This document shows positions 58,729 to 64,000 of a stretch of DNA of 64,000 nt, piece by piece (position 1 is the first letter of the stretch; every line of letters begins with the position of its first letter). The notes beneath the pieces are model-generated. The model ran no database searches. It was not told the origin of the DNA and was given only the letters and a program-made list of their open reading frames with translations. The stretch spans positions 5,704,001 to 5,768,000 of the forward strand of contig CM007990.1 of assembly GCA_002189035.1 (NCBI GenBank), read 5' to 3'. The position numbers were made by a program, and so were the translations under genes. This stretch comes from Utricularia gibba (lineage: Eukaryota > Plantae > Magnoliophyta).

Positions 58729-60291
58729 CTAGAAACTTGCCCGTTTCAACGAAGTGAAAGTGATGGCAGCACCCAGCGGCGACGTCGCAACCTCAATGCA
58801 GAAAGAGTCGTACCGGCGGAAAATCTCAACGAGCAGCAACCGGCTGACCAGAGCCACAAAATCTTTCCCTGCGCATTGCTTGTTGTTCAATGTGGAGGTA
58901 CTGGTTTCCGGGCCATTCGACCAGATAACATGTTTCAGTAGCCTCTCCCCTTCTTCTCCGACGAATCTGTCCGGAACAAACTCCTCCGGCCGATCGAAGA
59001 TCTTCGGATCCCTTGTCGCGAAGGGCTGATACCCGTACAATATCTCCCCTTGCTTGATCTCAAACGCTGCGTCGTGAGATTCGATAACGAAATCGCGTTT
59101 GGCTTTGCCGTACTGATGTGGAACGGGCGGCTCGATTCGCAGCGCTTCGCTAACGACGGATTTCGTCAACGGCATCTTTTCGATGGCGGGGATTGTGACT
59201 TTGCCGCCGCTGGATCTGATCGCTGTTCTGATTTCAACGGCTAATTCACGGTGCAATTGTGTCCCGCCGCGGGCGACCCATTTCAGCATGTTGGGGAAGA
59301 AGAGCTTGAATCCGCCGTAGGAGTTGAAACAAGTGGCGAACACGAGGTTATGGCAAGCTTCTTCCGGTGAAATCTCCAGCTTCTCGGCTTGCTGAAGAAA
59401 GTCGCCGGAGTTCTTGTAAAAGAAATCATACAATCTCTGATAATCCTTCTTCACCAGGAACGACGGCAGCGGAAATGTATGAAGAAGAACATCTTCAATT
59501 CCTCTGGGTAATCCCAACAGCATCAACGGATGCAGATTGAACAAAATCCATTTGTTCGCAAGCTTCGGGCCGTCAGATTCGAGGCTCGAATCTCTCGGAT
59601 CGACGCCGAGGAACGCTCTGGACATGAAGTTGAAGGCCGCTTGATCGCCCGCCGGGCCAAAAAGGGCTTTCCCTTTTGCAGCCACTTCCGATTCCAAGCT
59701 CTGAAGAAGCTCGCCGTAGCAGTTATTGAACTCGGGAATAACGTGATCTCGCCGGTAAGACGCCAGGAAAAACATGAGCTTCTTGATTTTGGCGTGCTCG
59801 GGTTCCGCAGGGTCGAGGTTAGAGAGGACTCTGTAACCGCCGGTGAGATCGGTGCACAAAGAGTACGTTCCGGTGAAAACATCCTTCTTCTCGACTTTAT
59901 CCATGTCGAAGAGGACCGGATAGCTCTTGCCGTCCAGTAAAACGACGACGTTAGAGTTGAACGAGATGCAGGGCCCCGGCGGCATATTTGCCCTGAAAAC
60001 CGTCGACTTGTATTTCCTCGCTCTCGACTTGAAAAACTCCTCCCTCCCCTGATCGTAGAAATAGTCCTGCCGGTCTCTCCACGGCCCCACCACCGGCAGC
60101 CCGCAGTCCCCCGGGATCTTCCGAAGTGGAAGCTGGGAAACACCGACGGCGTTGACCGCCAGATCCTCCGCACTATCCCTCACCACCGCTCTCACACACA
60201 CCACCCTAGACGGCGGCCTCGCTTTCACCGCCGGTGATTCCAAACCTGAAAAGAGCGACGTCGATGAAGCCGCCGCCACCGTCACCGCCAT
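58729..60291 (-). CDS. AOS: Allene oxide synthase, CYP74A, plastid-targeted, intronless
   Basis: LPLRKIPGDCGLP, FRANMPPGP, KKDVFTGTY, LVFATCFNSYGG, EALRIEPP, WSNGPET...NKQCAGKDFV (CYP74 heme loop with insertion), ends LKRASF*. ATG at 60291. Confidence 0.97.
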   Translation of the reverse strand: MAVTVAAASSTSLFSGLESPAVKARPPSRVVCVRAVVRDSAEDLAVNAVGVSQLPLRKIPGDCGLPVVGPWRDRQDYFYDQGREEFFKSRARKYKSTVFRANMPPGPCISFNSNVVVLLDGKSYPVLFDMDKVEKKDVFTGTYSLCTDLTGGYRVLSNLDPAEPEHAKIKKLMFFLASYRRDHVIPEFNNCYGELLQSLESEVAAKGKALFGPAGDQAAFNFMSRAFLGVDPRDSSLESDGPKLANKWILFNLHPLMLLGLPRGIEDVLLHTFPLPSFLVKKDYQRLYDFFYKNSGDFLQQAEKLEISPEEACHNLVFATCFNSYGGFKLFFPNMLKWVARGGTQLHRELAVEIRTAIRSSGGKVTIPAIEKMPLTKSVVSEALRIEPPVPHQYGKAKRDFVIESHDAAFEIKQGEILYGYQPFATRDPKIFDRPEEFVPDRFVGEEGERLLKHVIWSNGPETSTSTLNNKQCAGKDFVALVSRLLLVEIFRRYDSFCIEVATSPLGAAITFTSLKRASF

Positions 60292-60565
60292 GGCTGAGAT
60301 CTCGAGATGGGGAAAGGTATTCAAAAGCGAGCGAGCGAGCGTCCATGTGGGGGAACTTCCCCATGTATATAGATAAATATTCAACTTTCCGACGCTTTGT
60401 TTTTTCCTTTTCGGAATTATTATAATTTTAGTGGACTTTTTTCAACTACTACTTTTTATAAATTATTATAATAATCTTTTACTGTCTTTTTTTGCAATAT
60501 AATTAAATTATGTTTTTATTTCAGGACAATAAAGGTAGGAAGGAACGCGTGGTGGGCTACGCTTC

Positions 60566-60598
60566 TTGACCCCAGGAACTGAAAACGTGGTCAACGTG
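60566..60598. promoter_or_regulatory. W-box and two T/G-boxes in the AOS/UPF0114 divergent promoter
   Basis: TTGACC at 60566-60571; AACGTG at 60584-60589 and 60593-60598. T/G-boxes are MYC2-type jasmonate-response sites, which fits AOS feedback; function is inferred. Confidence 0.5.
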
Positions 60599-60807
60599 GG
60601 GAATTAACAAGCAACTCGTGCTTAAAAAAAGGGCTGAGAATTTCCTTCGAGCTCCCAATTTCTCCGGCCATCGATCCCCGGGGCCCCACGCGTCGGCCGA
60701 AGAACAGTCTCCAAGCGAAGGAATCTACCAGTGGAGATCCGGTGCTATTTAGAGCACCATAAAGCGGAAGGTAAGGAAGGCAATTGGGTCGAACTGAGGA
60801 ACAAGAA

Positions 60808-61892
60808 ATGGCGGCTGCGAGAGCGATGAAGATGTCAATGGGCATCCCCTCTCAGTCTTCACCAACGCCTTCTTCTTCTTCTTCGTCAGGGCAGCCGAGA
60901 ATTCGGAAGAGCTGCGGGGAAGGAAGGCGCTTTCTGTCAGCGTCTGCCGCGCCTGCATCATCATCGGTGTTGCAGATTTCTGAGAAAAGGGCGGTTGATC
61001 ATGATATAGATCTGGGGATGCTCTTCTCCTACGTTTCGAATCTTATGACCCGTCTGAAGAACGCCAGACGGGTTCGATTCCGGAAGCTGAACCTCCAGAT
61101 GATTCTGGAAAAGGTGCGTATTCCGGTATATCATCAGACAACATTGTCTCAGGGTTCATAACAGTGCTCCGATTTGCAGGGTATACTGGAGAGCAGGTTC
61201 TTCACACTGCTAGCCATTGGAGGGTCATTGTTATCTTCAGCAATCTGCTTCGTCGAGGTCTGTCTACTACTAAATGACATCCCCCTGCCATTGATTCGAA
61301 TCCCAGTCTTCTGCTAACTGAGATTCTCGCAGGGGTGTCTGCTGACGATGGAATCATATCTGCGATACTTTCAAGTCTCCGGGGAACCCCATTTCCTCCT
61401 CCCCTTGATCGAAGCCATCGGTAACAATCTCCCCAATTAACTTAACTTCGAATACGCATAAATCCCATTGCATTCAGCTGGTTTATGATGGGACGTCAAG
61501 TTGGGGGGTTACATTAAATGGCCATTAAGAGCGAAAACGAAGGAATGGGAATAGGACCAGCGGAATGAATCTCCATGGGACCAAAGCATTGATTTTTGTT
61601 CCGTTTTTCGACAGATATGTTTCTACTGGGAGCGGCAATGCTGACATTCGGAACGGCGATCCATCTGATGTTTATGGGATCGCAAGCCCCTGCTCCTCGA
61701 AACCCTCCAGAAACCGCCTTCCAAGCCAAGTCCAGAATCGGGCATGCGGTTTTGATGATTCTTCAAGTCCAAGTTCTGGAGAAGCTCAAGTCCATCCCCG
61801 TCGTCACCTCCACCGACCTCGCCTTCGTCGCGGCGGCGCTGTTTCTTTCCTCGGCGTCTCTCTTCGTGCTCTCTAGAGTGGCGAAGCGGTGA
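60808..61892 (+). CDS. UPF0114 family membrane protein, 4 exons
   Basis: SRFFTLLAIGGSLLSSAICFVEGC, LIEAIDMFLLGAAMLTFG, QAKSRIGHAVLMILQV, DLAFVAAALFLSSASLFVLSR. Confidence 0.85.
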
Positions 61893-62317
61893 TGAACAAG
61901 AAAAGATCCGTTTTGCATCAGATATTCCATTCATTCATGGCGGTTGAAGCTACACAAGGACCGTATGAGCATAGTATAGAATCGGTATCCAAATTAGCAA
62001 AAAATAATTTTTTTTACTCATTGATGTATATGTATTCTTTTTTAATATTAAATAAACAATGTAATTTGAATTTGATTTTAGTTAAATTTAAATATAATAT
62101 ATCCAAATTAGCAAAATATATTTAAATACTTCTAACAAATATATTTTAAACTTAAATCCATAAATTTTATTTAAATTTATACAAGTAAAAATTTTAAAAA
62201 ACTACCAAATGCTTCTCAAAAATTTGGGATTAGTTTCGTGTGACTAAACAAAACTATTTAATCCCACGTTTATTTAACTATCCATCACTAAAACAACTCC
62301 ACCTTCAAAGCTAAGCG

Positions 62318-62332
62318 ACGTGGGGCCCACGT
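62318..62332. promoter_or_regulatory. Inverted ABRE-like pair around a TCP-type site upstream of LPAT
   Basis: ACGTGGGGCCCACGT: near-palindrome with ACGTGG and CCACGT around GGGCCCAC. Confidence 0.45.
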
Positions 62333-62906
62333 ATGTCTTTTGGACAAAGCAACACACGTCCGTCGATATGTAATGGCCAACCGGGGAGAGGGGGAAGACT
62401 GTATGTCACTATGTCTGTATCCATCGTCTTGCCTTTTCTCTTCTCAGAAACCAGGCAAATGCATCACTGCGTTTTACCTTCGTCTGTGCCGCTCCTGAAT
62501 CCCGACTCACGGAGGCTTTCACCTTGTTGAAATTCAAGATGGAATGGATCCAGCGAGTTCCGAATCATCTCTTACATATCAACGTCCTCACAGCTACTTC
62601 TGACCTATATCGGTCCTCCATTTTCATTTCGGAATTGGCTTGAGATGTGTCCTACCTTATGATCGGTCGCACGGTTTTGGTGGTTCGGGATACAAGAATA
62701 GGCCCGGCTCCTCTTCTCCAAGTCTCCCTCCCTCTTGGCTCTGATCGTTTCTTTACAAAGTCAAACTTGATCCTCTTGCTATTAATCGTCCATGACTGAC
62801 TTTAGTTGGTATCTAACTGGCTATAGCTCCCCGCTGACTTCTACCACTTTTTTTACTTCTACTCTTCTTCTTCCAGGGAGATTGTGATTGTTCCTCCCAA
62901 AGAACC

Positions 62907-64000
62907 ATGGCGACTGATCAGTCACTCCAATCTCCGGCGGGATTGAAGAAGGTGTCACCGTTGACCCCCTTGCGGATTTGCAGGGGGTGCTCTGTTTACT
63001 GGTTTATCTTTCCACTGCCTTCATGCTCTTGTCGTACTTGGCTCCGTTTGCTGGGGTGCTCCGCCTCTTCAGCGTGCACTGGAGTAGAACATGTGCCTCC
63101 TTCGTATTCGGCCGGTGGCTGGGTCTCTGGCCGTTCTACTTCGAGAAGATCAACAAAACCAGGGTGGTCTTCTCCGGTGACAGAATTCCGGTGGAGCGGC
63201 GTGTTCTGATAATAGCGAACCATAGAACCGAGGTCGACTGGATGTACTTGTGGGATCTTGCTCTCAGGAAAGGGCGGTTGGGGGATGTGAAGTATATTCT
63301 CAAGAGAACCTTGATGAGGCTGCCCATCTTTGGATGGGCATTCCACATTCTGGAGTTCATTCCTGTTATGAGGAAATGGGAAACTGATAGATCAGTGATG
63401 AGCCGAATGCTCTCGTCGTTTTCCGATCCCCGGGATCCTCTGTGGCTCGTCGTGTTCCCTGAGGGAACGGACTATACGTAATGCCTTCCTTCTCTCAGTT
63501 TGAAAATGCTGCCTTCCTTTTCTAATGTGTGATTCTTGCTGCATTTCCAGTGAACAGAAGTGCAGCAGAAGCCAGAGATATGCTGAAGAAAATGGCTTGC
63601 CTGTACTGAAAAACCTTCTGCTTCCCAAGACTAGGGGCTTCAACTCTTGCCTGGAGATGCTGAGAGACTCATTGGATGCAGGTTCTTACTGAATCCAAAC
63701 TGTTATTCCAGTCTGCTCTGATCTCAAACGCTCCATTCAAATGCAGTTTATGATATCACCATAGCCTACAAGCATCACTGCCCTTCTTTCATGGACAACG
63801 TCTTCGGCAACAACCCCTATGAAGTGCACTTGCACATTCGACGCATCGGCGTCACCGAAATGCCTTCTTCCGAAACCAAGGTTGAATCTTGGTTGATGGA
63901 TGAGTTCATGTTGAAGGATCAGTTGCTGGATGATTTCGCCGTCAAAGGATGTTTCCCCAACCAATGGACGGAAGACGAACTTTCTACCTGGAAATGTGTG
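62907..64000 (+). CDS. LPAT5: 1-acyl-sn-glycerol-3-phosphate acyltransferase LPAT4/5-like; 3' end beyond the window; apparent 1-nt frameshift near the start
   Basis: [10 protein letters not shown] in one frame, then [12 protein letters not shown]...[44 protein letters not shown] in the next frame. LPAT4 versus LPAT5 is not firmly resolved. Confidence 0.92.

Noticed and set aside
58719-58731. Hairpin-stimulated stop-codon read-through of AOS
   Set aside because: An in-frame TGA follows two codons after the TAG (TAG TCT GGG TGA), so read-through would add only three residues.
59523-60173. 216-aa alternative-frame ORF inside AOS
   Set aside because: Non-ATG start, Arg/Ser-rich, typical of off-frame reading in GC-rich coding DNA.
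30788-60291. Functional cluster for nitrogen salvage and defence (allantoinase, asparaginase, inhibitor I, PIP, AOS)
   Set aside because: The genes are interspersed with unrelated housekeeping genes, do not form one pathway, and the order looks inherited. Co-expression data would be needed.
1-64000. CRISPR arrays, operons, rRNA, organellar insertions, conserved miRNA hairpins, U12 introns
   Set aside because: The DNA is spliceosomal plant nuclear sequence and I saw none of these by eye; a covariance-model search (Infernal/Rfam) would be needed to exclude small ncRNAs.

Overview
Eukaryotic, flowering-plant (eudicot-like) nuclear DNA, not prokaryotic. I can build 31 protein-coding gene models plus one tRNA-Gly(GCC) in 64 kb, about one gene per 2 kb. 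Many introns are 55-140 nt, several intergenic gaps are only 110-300 nt, and I see no recognisable transposon. This points to a miniature genome; Lentibulariaceae such as Utricularia or Genlisea is an inference only. Gene order: SCAMP, Cys-rich unknown, RING1-like, OB-fold, NFD6-like, E6-like, UGT79-like, HASP28/PDAP1, plastid L34, YvcK/MEE18-like, tRNA-Gly, Borealin-related, small acidic protein, UBTD, OFP, HOS15, PIP/TOLS2-like peptide, allantoinase, potato-inhibitor-I, WOX4, DREB-A5 ERF, asparaginase, MRG, COR27/28-like, WEB, unknown, CSN4, TIN1, thylakoidal peptidase, AOS (CYP74A), UPF0114, LPAT4/5 (runs off the window). All gene models were spliced by eye and family names are from recalled motifs, not database searches. 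I found no clearly new multi-gene system. The best leads are: (1) three genes (WOX4, inhibitor-I, LPAT) each broken by a G/C run exactly one base short, probably assembly error; (2) two introns in a normally intron-less UGT79-type gene; (3) a tRNA-Gly inside a 414-nt divergent promoter; (4) a TOLS2-like peptide whose frame stays open back into allantoinase; (5) a perfect GC hairpin just after the AOS stop, plus unusual residues in its substrate region; (6) a COR27-like gene that stops right after its DQNF motif.
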